Source: Lama guanicoe
Lineage: Eukaryota
DNA: 64,000 nt
Direction: 5' to 3'
Assembly (NCBI GenBank): GCA_013239625.1
Contig: MU054323.1
Span: 16,248,029-16,312,028, forward strand
Part shown: piece by piece, positions 53,450-64,000 of the stretch
Position numbering within the stretch: position 1 is the first letter of the stretch
How the letters are laid out: each line of letters begins with the position of its first letter
Made by a program: the position numbers and the translations under genes
Notes under the pieces: generated by a model
What the model was told of the DNA's origin: nothing
Seen by the model: the letters and a program-made list of their open reading frames with translations, nothing else
Database searches by the model: none

Positions 53450-54554
53450 CATTAATTTCTTATTTTTTAAAATCTTATTGCACTGGTTAGAACCACTAAT
53501 ATGAGCAGAAAGAATTATAACAGAGATCCTCATCTTGTTCCCAATCTTAAATAAATTGCCTCTAATATTTCACAATTAAGTATGATTTTCACTGTAATGA
53601 AGAACCATGTATTAGATTAAAGTTATTTCTTCTATTCCTGATTTGCTAGGAGTATGTTTTTCTTTTTAACCATAAGCCAGTGTTAAAATTTTTTGGATGT
53701 CTTTTTTGGGGGACATATATTGGGATGATTTTATGGCTTTTCTTCTTTAAGAGGTAAGTCATATCAATAGATTACCAATAACTGAATCATCCTTGCATAT
53801 CTAAGATAAACCCTACTTGGTCAAAATTTAACATACACACATGCATATGTGTACAGACACCCCCGACTGGAGTTATTTTGCTAGTATTTTATTTAGGATT
53901 TTTATATCTATATCATTAGTGAGATTTTTTTTTCCCATCAGTGATTTTTTTCCCTCATACATTTCTTAGTTTTAGTAGTAAGGGTTATACTAGCTTCAAA
54001 AAATGAGTAGTGGACCTTTGTATCTTTTTCAAAACTCTGAATCACTTGTACAGAAAATAAGCTACCTGGTAAAGATTGCTGGTAAAACTTTGACAGCATT
54101 TTTTGTTTTGTAGTTGGAGCTTTACCGATCACTTTTAAACTTTATATAGGGTTACGCTGGTTTTCCATCTTTTCATTAGTCAATGTTGATACTTAATATT
54201 TTCTAGAATTTTACATTTATTGGCAGAAAGTTTTACATATTATATGTTTTAAAATGTCTCCATTCTATCTATAGTTGTATCCCTCTTTATTCCTAGTATC
54301 TATTGCTAATATTTTTTTCCTTGATGAATCTTCTAGAGATTCATATTTCCTTTGTGTGTTTTTTTTATCACAAAGAATCAGCTTTTATTTTTCTGATCAA
54401 TTCTAATATTTCTTTGTTTCCTCTTCTATTAAGGTCTGATTTTATGTTTGCTATTTTCTTCAGGCTTACTTTGTTGTTATTTTCACTTCTTGAGGTGCTG
54501 GGCTCATAACTGTTCTGTCTTTTTTCTTTCCTAACACATGCATTTAAAGGTATA

Positions 54555-55608
54555 AGGAAACCATAAATAAAACAAAAAGACAACCTGCAGAATGGGAGAA
54601 AATATTTACAAATGACACAACCAACAAGGGACTAATTTCCAAAATGTACAAACAGCTCATATAGCTTAATATCAAAAAAACCAAACCACCCAATCAAAAA
54701 ACAGGTTAAAGGCATAAATAGCCATTTCTCCAAAGAAAACATCCAGATGGCCAACAGGCACATGAAAATATGCTCAATATCACTAATTATTGGAGAAATG
54801 TAAATCAAAACTACAATGAGGTATCACCTCACACCAGTCAGAATGGCCATCATTAAAAAGTCTACAAATAATAAATGCTGGAGAGAGTGTGGAGAAAAAG
54901 GAACCCTCCTATGCTGATGGTGGAAATGTAAATTGGTGCAGCCACTATGGAGGACAGTATGCAAGTTTCTTAAAAAACTAAAAATAGAGTTACCATATGA
55001 TCCAGCAATCCTACTCCTGGGCATACACCTGGAGAAAGCTATCATTCAAAATGACACATGCACCCTAATGTTCACAGCAGCACTGTTTACAATAGCCAAG
55101 ACATGGAAACAACCCAAATGTCCATCAACAGATGACAGGATAAAGAAGATGTGGTGTACATACTACTACTCAGCCATAAAAAAGAACGAAATAATGCCAT
55201 TTGAGCAACATGGATGGACCTAGAGATTATCATACTAAGTGAAGTAAGTCAAAGACAAACATCATATGATATCACTTATATTAGGAGTCTCTAAAAAATG
55301 ATAGAAATTCTATTTACAAACCAAAAATAGATTTATGGACAGAGAAAACAAACTATGATTACAAAGGGGAAAAAAGGGAGAGAGAAATTAGGGGTGGGGG
55401 ATTAACAGACACACATTAATATATATAAAATAGATAAACAACAAGGTCCTACTGTATAGCACGGGGAACTATACTCATTTCTTGCAATAACATACAATGG
55501 AAACTAATCTGAAAAGAAAAAAACATGTATATGTATAACTGAATCACTTTGCTATCCACGTGAAACTAACATTAAATCAACTTCACTTCGATAAAAAATT
55601 TTAAAAAT
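54555..55608 (+). mobile_element. young 5'-truncated L1 (ORF2 C-terminus and 3'UTR)
   Basis: [30 protein letters not shown]...TWKQPKCPST. Probable TSD taaaggtata / taaaggcata. Confidence 0.95.
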
Positions 55609-57309
55609 AAAGGCATATACCTTTCTTTTTGAAGAATACTTTGGCTACTTCTGAGATTTCATGTTACGTTTTTATTGTCATTCAGTTCCAAGTATTAAAA
55701 TTTCCAGCATGATGTCTTCATTGATTATGAATGATTTAGAAGCATGTTTTTAAATTTCCAAATGCATATTTTCCTCTATCTTTTAGTTGCTCCTTTCTAA
55801 TTTTATTGCCTTCTATAATCTTTTTAATGCTGCTATTTTATGTCTGTTTCAGATTGTTCTCTTGTCTATTACTGTTGTCTAGTTCTAGGATTCTTAATTT
55901 GACCCTGTTTGTTAAGTCTGTTGGTTTTCCCTCAGTGCAAATAATTTCCAAGTGTTATTCATTGTAAGCTTGTCTTCAGTGCAGTAGTTTTACATGGGTT
56001 TCCTGTGCCTTGGATTGTGGACATTTCTCTACAGGATATTTTGTATTTGTTTCTCTTGGGAGCCCCAGAGTTTCAATGGTCCAGGACCTGTATTTTTTTG
56101 TTGTTGTTGCTGTTGTTGCTGTTGTTAATTTCTCAGTATGCTATTTCCTTATCACATAGGTAGTGTAAATTTCATGCCCATATTCACCTAAGTCAAAGGT
56201 TTGAGACTTTTTCTTCTTTTTATATGAATTATCATGAGATTAAAAAAAAAATGTCTTATGTTTCTGGGTTGACATTGAAACTCCAGTCCCAGCCAGGATA
56301 CCCTCTCGGCCACTGAGACCCTCAGCTTGCATTCTTATCACTATAGAGCTTAGTAACTTCATTTCTGTAACTCTCTTTTGAGATCAGCCATTTATTAAAA
56401 AAAACAGTTTTGGTTATATTTTGGAATTTATAATTTTCTAAGAGTAGGAGGAGATGCGTGATCAGATCAGACAAACTTGTTACAATTTATGTACAATTTT
56501 ATAAATGTATGCTAGAGATACTTCTTATCTTATACTGTAAACTATCATACCTACAGGAAATTATTCTTGTAAATAATTGTCTTTATGTATTAGTTTTGTT
56601 TAAAGCAGCAAACACATAATTATTTTAAATCAAGTTTACGTAGAGAAGGGAACTCAAGTATGAATCACAGTTCTGTTCTAAGGTTGTCTTAGAACCTTGG
56701 AAAAATGGATGAGTCCTGGCTGTAGGGAGAAAAGACAATTCCATTTGCTGTTGATTTATAGGAATATTTACATTTACATCATTGTTAATTTTCTGGACCA
56801 AGATCAATTGGACCCTGCTGGGCAGTGCAAAGCCAAGAAGCTCAAAGTGATGTGTGTAGTTTCATGAGTCTAAAATGATGGATTTTGGCATTTTGATAGA
56901 TTGACAAGCTTTGTACTTGTCGGCTTTTTCACTGAATTTTAAACACAGAAATGGGCTTTTTTTCCCCCACATGGAAAATACTAAGAATTTATTTCCTAAA
57001 GAATGATTTTTTTCCCCAATTCTAGGCCTGATTCTCTCTGACAGGATGAAGTTTTGTCGGCAACAGAGGAGATTTCCCTTGGCTGGCCAGAAGCCCTGTC
57101 TACTGCACTTCTGAAATATTAGCTGATACATTCAAGTTAACATGAATTCTCTCTCCTTTTTCAAATGTTTATTACTCCCGGACTTTTCATTTTGCATTGC
57201 TACAAAAACTCTTTTCAAAAAGCAGAGAGGTCGTGAGTAGACTCACTTTCACACCAGAACTGTTCATCGTTTTGTTGTGAAAATAATTTGACAGTTTAGG
57301 GAAAATCAG

Positions 57310-57443
57310 TAACTTGATTATTTGAGCTGATACTTGAAGGTGTTACTTGAGTTAAGGTAATATGAGAAGGAATATAACTTGATTATTTGAGCTGATACTT
57401 GAAGGTGTTACTTGAGTTAAGGTACCTAATATGAGAAGGAATA
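57310..57443 (+). repeat. tandem duplication, 65-bp and 69-bp units
   Basis: taacttgattatttgagctgatacttgaaggtgttacttgagttaaggta(ccta)atatgagaaggaata twice. The units are identical except for a 4-bp indel. Confidence 0.95.
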
Positions 57444-57602
57444 GACTAGCAAGCTTAAAAGTTTATGGATGTTAATGCATTTAAAAGGTACAGCTCCTTT
57501 AAGTAATTGGTAAAGGAAATACAAACAGGATCCTAATGAATAAGTATCTAATTGTTCTTCCTAGCTTTTGACATTGATGGATATTTGTCATTAAGAAAAG
57601 AG

Positions 57603-58362
57603 TGGGCCACCATCAAAAGTTTACAAATTATAAAGGCTAGAGAGGATGTGGAGAAAAGTGAACCCTCCTACACTGTTGGTGGGAATGTAAATTGGTACAG
57701 CCATTATGGAGAACAGTGTGGAGGTTCCTTAAAAACTAAAAACAGAATTATCATATGATCCAGCAATCCCACTCCTGGGCATATATCTGGAAAAGACAAA
57801 AACTCTAATTCAAAAAGATACATTCACCCAAATATTCATAGCAGCACTATTTGCAATAGCCAAGACCTGGAAGCAACCTAAATGTCTATCAACAGATGAC
57901 TGGGTAAAGATGTGGTATAGTTATATATAAAATGCAATACTACTCAGCCATAAAAAGAGAATGAAATAATGCCATTTGTAGCAACATGGACAGACCTAGA
58001 GATTGTCATACTAAGTGAAGTAAGTCAGACAGAGAAAGACAAGTATATGATATCATTTATATGTGGAATCTAAAATAAAATGATACAAATGAACTTATTT
58101 ACAAAAGGGACTCATCAACATAGAAAACAAACTTACAGTTACCAAAGGGGAAAGAGTGGGAGAAGGATAAATTAGGAGTTTCAGATTAGCAGATACAAAC
58201 TACTATATGTAAAATATATAAACAACAAGGTCCTACTATATAGTACAGGGAACTATATTCAAAATCTTGTAATAAACTATAATGGAAAAACATCTAAAAA
58301 GAATATACATATATGATATCATATATATATGTCACTTGGTTGTATACCAGAAACTAACAAAA
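57603..58362 (+). mobile_element. young 5'-truncated L1, lacking the last ~35 nt and the poly(A) tail
   Basis: Highly similar to 49016-49842. Ends at tgtataccagaaactaacaaaa. Confidence 0.9.
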
Positions 58363-58774
58363 CTGGTGGCCTTACCTTCTGTTAAAAGCTTTGGTCTGAC
58401 TGAACCAAAGGACTTTAGAGGAGATTGGGATAAAGGTGGAGAAGTTAATCAACCATCACTGTGACCAAGGTATGCTCACCTATCCTTACGTGGTCTACAT
58501 GAGGCCAGACCTAAAGCATCATCAGATAATTGAAAAAATAAACTTTGGGATAATTTGATGCAGATGAACAATTTAGCAATTTGTCATTTTGTGTCTTCTC
58601 AAACTTTCTACTTATTTTAGCTCTTCAGGGTAACTAGACGGAATTCAGGGTGCACAGCTAGTCAAAAAATCTTTGACACTCTACTTGACAGCTGGTATAG
58701 GGAATTTCTCTTTCTGAGATACTACTTTCATTAGCTTTACAAAGAAGCTATTTTGAAACTCTCAAAGACACCTA

Positions 58775-58990
58775 TCACAGTGGTGAAGCAGAGAATTAGA
58801 CTGTCTCTGTTCAAATCCCAGCTCTGCCATATTCAGAGGTTACCCTTGACAACGTTGCTTCAGTGTCCCATTTTGTAAAATGCAGATAATAGGAGTAACA
58901 CCCTCACTGGGTAGTTGGGAGGATTAGAATATACATGGAAAGCACGTGTGTCCCATGTAGTGAGCATTCAGTATCATTCATTGTAATTAA
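58775..58990 (+). mobile_element. MIR SINE
   Basis: gttcaaatcccagctctgcca...gcttcagtgtcccattttgtaaaatgcagataat...gggaggattaga. Confidence 0.7.
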
Positions 58991-61529
58991 ATATGCATAT
59001 ATTCTGCATGGAAACACACTCTAAGTACCTGAAGTATAGCTCTTATGAACATATTAAATGATTGAAACAGTATCTACCATCCTTTCGGGAAATAAAATTT
59101 GATTTTTCTCCTGAGAAAGCAAGTGATCTGTCTAGGTCGATGATTCTATGAAAAAAAAAATGCCTTTTTGGTTATTTCAACCTCTTTGGGAGTGAACCCT
59201 AGACGAGGAAATTCCAATTTTAGCTCTGACTGTGCTTTGCTGATTTCTCATCTTTCTAATCCAAAATTTAATGAAAGAAATCTGATTTTCACATCTGGGC
59301 AAGAGGAACTTAAATATCAATTGTTTTTTTATTCATATTGTCTCATCCAATTCCTTTAATTGTCTTTGCAATGTCATTTTTGCTGTACAACCCACCACCT
59401 CTTTTCCTTTTGCTGTCCAGAACCCAGGCTTTTCCAATTGGAACTATCCACCCTGGCTTTTGAAATGCTAGCTTTTCAGCTACGAATGGAGTGTGTGTAA
59501 ACTGCAGAAAGCCTGTGCTTGTGAATTTCTGGTTTGCATTAGACCATCATGGTTTATTGTTCTGAAGGCTCTTGAAGAAGTGTTCAAATCTATGATGCCA
59601 TGCAAACCCTCCAGGGTGAGTTTCTTTCAAATGGTTGTTCACTTGACATGCCTGCATTTAGAAATCACTTGGGTAAACCTTTAGATACAGTTCATCACCA
59701 TCATGTTTCAAATGAAGATAATCTGAACCCCTTGAAAGCACCCATAAAATATGTAATTGCCCTTGAAAATAAACACAAATCATTTCCTGGTAAATATTTG
59801 TTTTACCAGAACACATCCCACTTCCACAAGCTGTAGTCTGTACACCACTGCTGGCTAAACCCACAATTTTTTTTTTTATTGGTTCACTGTGGTCCTGAGT
59901 CAGGGACTGCTTCTAAAGCATTTTTGTTTTTGTTTTTATCAGTTTTTTTTTGAGTCAAAAACTAATAGTAGACAGAGTAAAGAATCTTTCAGTAATTCCA
60001 CTGTTGACTTCCCCAACAGCAGCTTCTATTATTCCCTGAGCTGATTTGCTGTTGCTCATTAGACTTCCTCTTAGCCCTTGGCAATCAAGACCTTCCACAT
60101 CTGAGTTTTTGACTCATACCTCTCTGAACCGCCTAGCAATGCTCCTTTTCCTCTGCAGACTGGTGTGTAAGGACCATCCCCAGAGTCCCTTGTCCTGTTC
60201 TTGACCTCTTACTTTGTCTGATGCTCTCCTTCCTTCCAGCTCTGCACTTTCACCTCTAGCTCCCTTCTGACCTCTTGCTCTAAACATTCTCTTAGTCTTG
60301 ACGAGTCACCACCCCCTAACTCCCCAAGAAGTTTGTCATGTCCAATTTCACTGACCTAGACATTCTTGAGTTTAGAAATCAATCTGTGTGCATGTGAAGA
60401 ATATTCTCACATACAGCTTTGGATTTCCAGCACTCCCAGACCCCTGCTCTGGCCCATCCCAGCTGGACTGTAAGAACAAAGATAGCTTTTATTGCTTAGG
60501 CATCTCATATCACATTGAAAAATTACTCTAGCATCCATGTCTGTACATATATTTTGTTCATTGTCTCATCTATGTCTGATGTACCTTTGTTTTCAAATGA
60601 CTGTTATAGTGTATATTAAGCCTTACATTATTGAAGGCAATTCCAAAATAAGTTTTCAGATGTAATCTTTCAAATATCATGTCTAGAATTACTATCTTGC
60701 CTTCTCATTATCTAAAAATCTGGAGGAAAAGTTGGGGAAAAAAAAACAGGAAGAGAAACTGGGGAGGCTGGAAAATCTTGTCTTGAGAAAGTCAAGGAGG
60801 GGCTGCAGGGTACGTGGAAGATACCAAAAGGGATAAAAGATTTTCCAACTATGTGATACATCCATATTTGCTTGTTCATTTCTTTTTCATAGTGTCCTTT
60901 GTCTCATCAAAGTAAATCATCATGAGCAAAAGAAAGCTGGTGGTATGTTGCTTAGGAAGGCGTCTTATTAAGTTTTTGATTTACATTTATGGATACATCA
61001 ATTCAGTCTTCCTGGATCTCAACCTGTAAGATCACTGTCCTGGAAAAAGTTAATGAATTAATTTGACTGCAGAGCTCTTGCTTAGTCTGCTAATGTATAA
61101 TCATTTATGAATATTGCAATTATTCATAGCTGTTTAAGAATGGAGAATATTCCAAGCGGTCTCCACTGCACATGGTTGAAGGTATTTTCTTGAGTGCTTC
61201 GATCTATGGAATCTCGGCCTATCAATCCCAATGAGGACTGCTCATCTCAGGAAGACCCCTGGTATCCAAAATGACCCTTCTTAACTTTACTATTCTTGGG
61301 ATTAGGAGTAAAAGGAAAGAGAAAACTAGAGCACATTTACCTGTCAGGCTGGGCACAAGTCCCATGAGGCACCTTGCATTAAACTTCTGGAAAAACATTT
61401 TATATGATGTTCCTTGTGGGAAGTTGGGATAAAATTAGGGAGCAAGCAAAGGCTTCTGCTGACGTCTGCAGCTGTTTTAATCTTTGAAACTTAATAAATG
61501 TGCATGATCACAAACCTCAGTACCATTTT

Positions 61530-62283
61530 CCTGAATTACTCAATGGAATTGTATGGAGTGGCTATGATGTGGAGGCATTATGCTTGGTGCTAGGGGCAGG
61601 GTGATAAGGAAAAAAACTAACTTCATGGAGCTTACATTTCAGTGAGGGAGGCAGATAGCAGTAAACAGTTACACAGTTTTATATACCACTTTGCCCCTAT
61701 AACACTCACATAGTAACCACTGGCTGTGGAAAGTGCCAGGAAGGAAAGGTCCAGAGAGCTCAGAGAGTGTTCCTGTAAGATGAGGTTGAAGAAGTCTTCC
61801 TTGGGGAGCTGAGGTTTGAGACATTAAAGAGGTGGCATTAATGAAGGCTGGTGGAGGTGTGGGTGGGTACGGGGACAGGAAGAGGAAGTGTGATAGTTAC
61901 GTTTATGTGTCAACTTGACTAGGCCCAGGTGTTTGGTCAAAGGCCAATCTAGATATTATGAAGGTTAATTTTAGTTGTGGTTAACTTTTAAATCAGTAGA
62001 TTTTGATTCAAGCAAATTACCCTCCATATCGTGAGTGGGCCTCATTCATCAACTGAAGACTTCAAAAACAAAGATTGAGTTCTCCCAAAGAGGAAGGGAT
62101 TAACATTTTGCCTCTAGACTGCACTGTAGAAATTCTTCCCGGGTTTCCAGCCTTTTGACTCGAGACTGCAACATCAACTCTTGCTTAAGCTTCCAGACTG
62201 CTGGCCTGCCCTTGGATTTTGGGTTTGCCAGCCCCCAAAATCAAGATTAGCTAATTCCTTAAAATAAATAAAAATAAATCTCT

Positions 62284-62316
<33 letters not shown>

Positions 62317-62520
62317 TAGTACCCCATTGGTTCTGTTCTCTGGGGAACACTGATTAACACAGGAGGTGAAGAAGACTTTAGCGTAAGAAACCTCATGCGC
62401 AAAGAAAGATTCTGAGGTCGGAGGGAGCTAGTGTTTGAGGGAATAAAAAATAAGCACTATTGCTGAAGCATGGAGAGCTAGTGTGGGAGGAGTAGCCAGG
62501 CCAGAATTTTGTGTTGTGAA
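61530..62520 (-). mobile_element. L2 fragment interrupted by an MLT2 LTR
   Basis: ggcattatgcttggtgctagggg...cttcatggagcttacatttcagtgagggaggcaga. The sequence resumes after the LTR (gcaaagaaagattctgagg). Confidence 0.55.
61889..62361 (+). mobile_element. MLT2 (ERVL) solo LTR
   Basis: tgtgatagttacgtttatgtgtcaacttgactagg ... ccattggttctgttctctggggaacactgattaacaca. TG..CA ends, TSD ggaag/ggagg, internal (GA)n. Confidence 0.9.
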
Positions 62521-63639
62521 GCCCCTTTTGAAAAGCTGGGACTTCAAATACACCTGCAAATATTAATTTCTTCAATTTGTGTAAGATTCTATTTTTTGAA
62601 ATTCACTCAATTTTCCAATTTTTAATTAAGTATGTACATATTATTCAGTCTTACACTTTTCCTACCACATGTAAGATTTCCATGAACCACTTACATAGAC
62701 TAAAATGTTCCTTCTTTTCCTTCTTCTCATGTCTCCTTTTTCCTTTCCATACCGTGTGTTACCTCCGTGGACATTTCCTCTTTGGACCTTCAAGCTACCT
62801 GTGCACCTGTGCATTTCTGCTCTCTGGGTCTTTAGGTCCAACTCCACATTTTAGTTCCCTAGTTTATTCACTCTCAATCACCCCTGCTCCCACGTTCTTC
62901 ACTGTGATATTTAGTTCTGGGACCCTGTCTTTCTTTTGAGAAATTATCCTTCTCATTCTAAACTGTGTTGGGGATCTGCCTTCCCCCAGCTAAAGTGGGG
63001 GATGTGAGCAGGACAGGAAGCTGATTCTTCCTCATGGGGTCTCTCTGGAGAGATGGGCCACCCAGGTTTTCACCTCTGCCCCAATTTCTATCCTTTCTGC
63101 AACTGGATTTTCTTGATCCTCTAAGCTACCCCGTATACCCTAGTAAAACCCTTCTCTCCTTAAGTTATCCAGAAACAGTTTCTGTGGCTTGTAGCCTGAG
63201 AAGCCTACCACTCTGGCATTAAAGGAGAAGGGTGAAGAGTTTGGTATGTCTGGAGAGAATGCAATTTGTGGGAGCCCCTGGAGATGAGACAGTGTGGAGC
63301 CAGGTTTTAAAGGGTGACAAGAAGAGACCCCAAAGATGTTGGAAATAAAGCTGTTCTCTGAGAAGACACAGATGGAATGTCTGCAGTTATTGAGAGAAGG
63401 CAGAAAGAATCAGTTGGGCCCATCAATGAGTTTGTTTTTGAAGAGTTCCAGAGTATCTCCCAGAATTCCAAGGGAGAAACAATATCTAGGAGATGGCGTG
63501 AATTCTGTGCATAATGTGGGAACTTAATCCTCTGCTTTGTGCCAACAGAAAATGACTGGTCAACTTGGACTGTAGAAAGTAGAAGCCAATTAAGCAGAGT
63601 CATGGGAGAGAGCTCCCTGGATGTGGTGCACATACCTGC

Positions 63640-63740
63640 AGGGACACGGATCAGCCTGGGGGCCACAGCCAGAACCATCATCCTCTTAAGGGACATGGAT
63701 CAGCCTGGGGGCCACAGCCAGAACCATCATCCTCTTAAGG
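63640..63740 (+). repeat. tandem duplication, 49-bp unit x2
   Basis: agggaca(c/t)ggatcagcctgggggccacagccagaaccatcatcctctta twice plus agg. One CpG-type mismatch. Confidence 0.95.
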
Positions 63741-64000
63741 CTCCAAATGGCTTAACAACTTACTCTCCTGAGAAAACTCCAGGGCCATAAAGAACCTTAT
63801 TATATAAAATGGCTTTTCATGTAACTCTGCTTCTGAGGGAGGAGTATGCAGCTCAGGCCAAAACGAGGATTAGAGCTTGTCTAGCAGTCACGTTTCAATG
63901 AAAATTAATATGCTGACAGTTTTGGTTCTTACATGAATCTTGTGGGATTAGTTAATGTGCATTCACTGCTGAGATACCACTTGAGCTTCTGAGCTTATGG

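Larger units (their letters stand above)
51335..55830 (-). mobile_element. ancient L1 (L1ME-like) hosting two younger L1 insertions
   Basis: Long T-rich antisense ORF2 remains (ggaattgcattaaaatttgcagatcaa, catccttgcatatctaagataaaccctacttggtca; ORF 53938..54132 HYSFFEASITLTTK). Confidence 0.7.

Noticed and set aside
57310..63740. Direct repeats as a CRISPR-like array
   Set aside because: Only two adjacent copies each, no spacers, no cas genes, and a mammalian context.

Overview
Repeat-rich, CpG-depleted mammalian non-coding DNA (intergenic or inside a large intron). It is most likely from a camelid: it carries three tRNA-derived vic-1-type SINEs, young cetartiodactyl-type L1 3' ends and a Tigger2a_Art-like MITE. 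I find no convincing protein-coding gene, CpG island, RNA gene or CRISPR array. The ORF track is mostly chance ORFs and decayed L1 ORF2 pieces. Much of the window is fossil transposons: L1, L2, MIR, MaLR/ERVL/ERV1 LTRs, an LTR33-like LTR with ERVL gag remains, and hAT and Tigger MITEs. The most notable structures are: (i) a ~680-bp 3'UTR-only retrocopy with 24-bp direct repeats inside an MLT1 LTR, whose parent resembles TMED10 from memory (unverified); (ii) an old, near-full-length L1 with an internally inverted ORF2 segment; (iii) an L1 5' terminus fused directly to ORF2; (iv) two young tandem duplications; (v) several weak candidate exons. I see no evidence of a new biological system. Repeat family names were assigned by eye. 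Boundaries are approximate unless a TSD or TIR is quoted.
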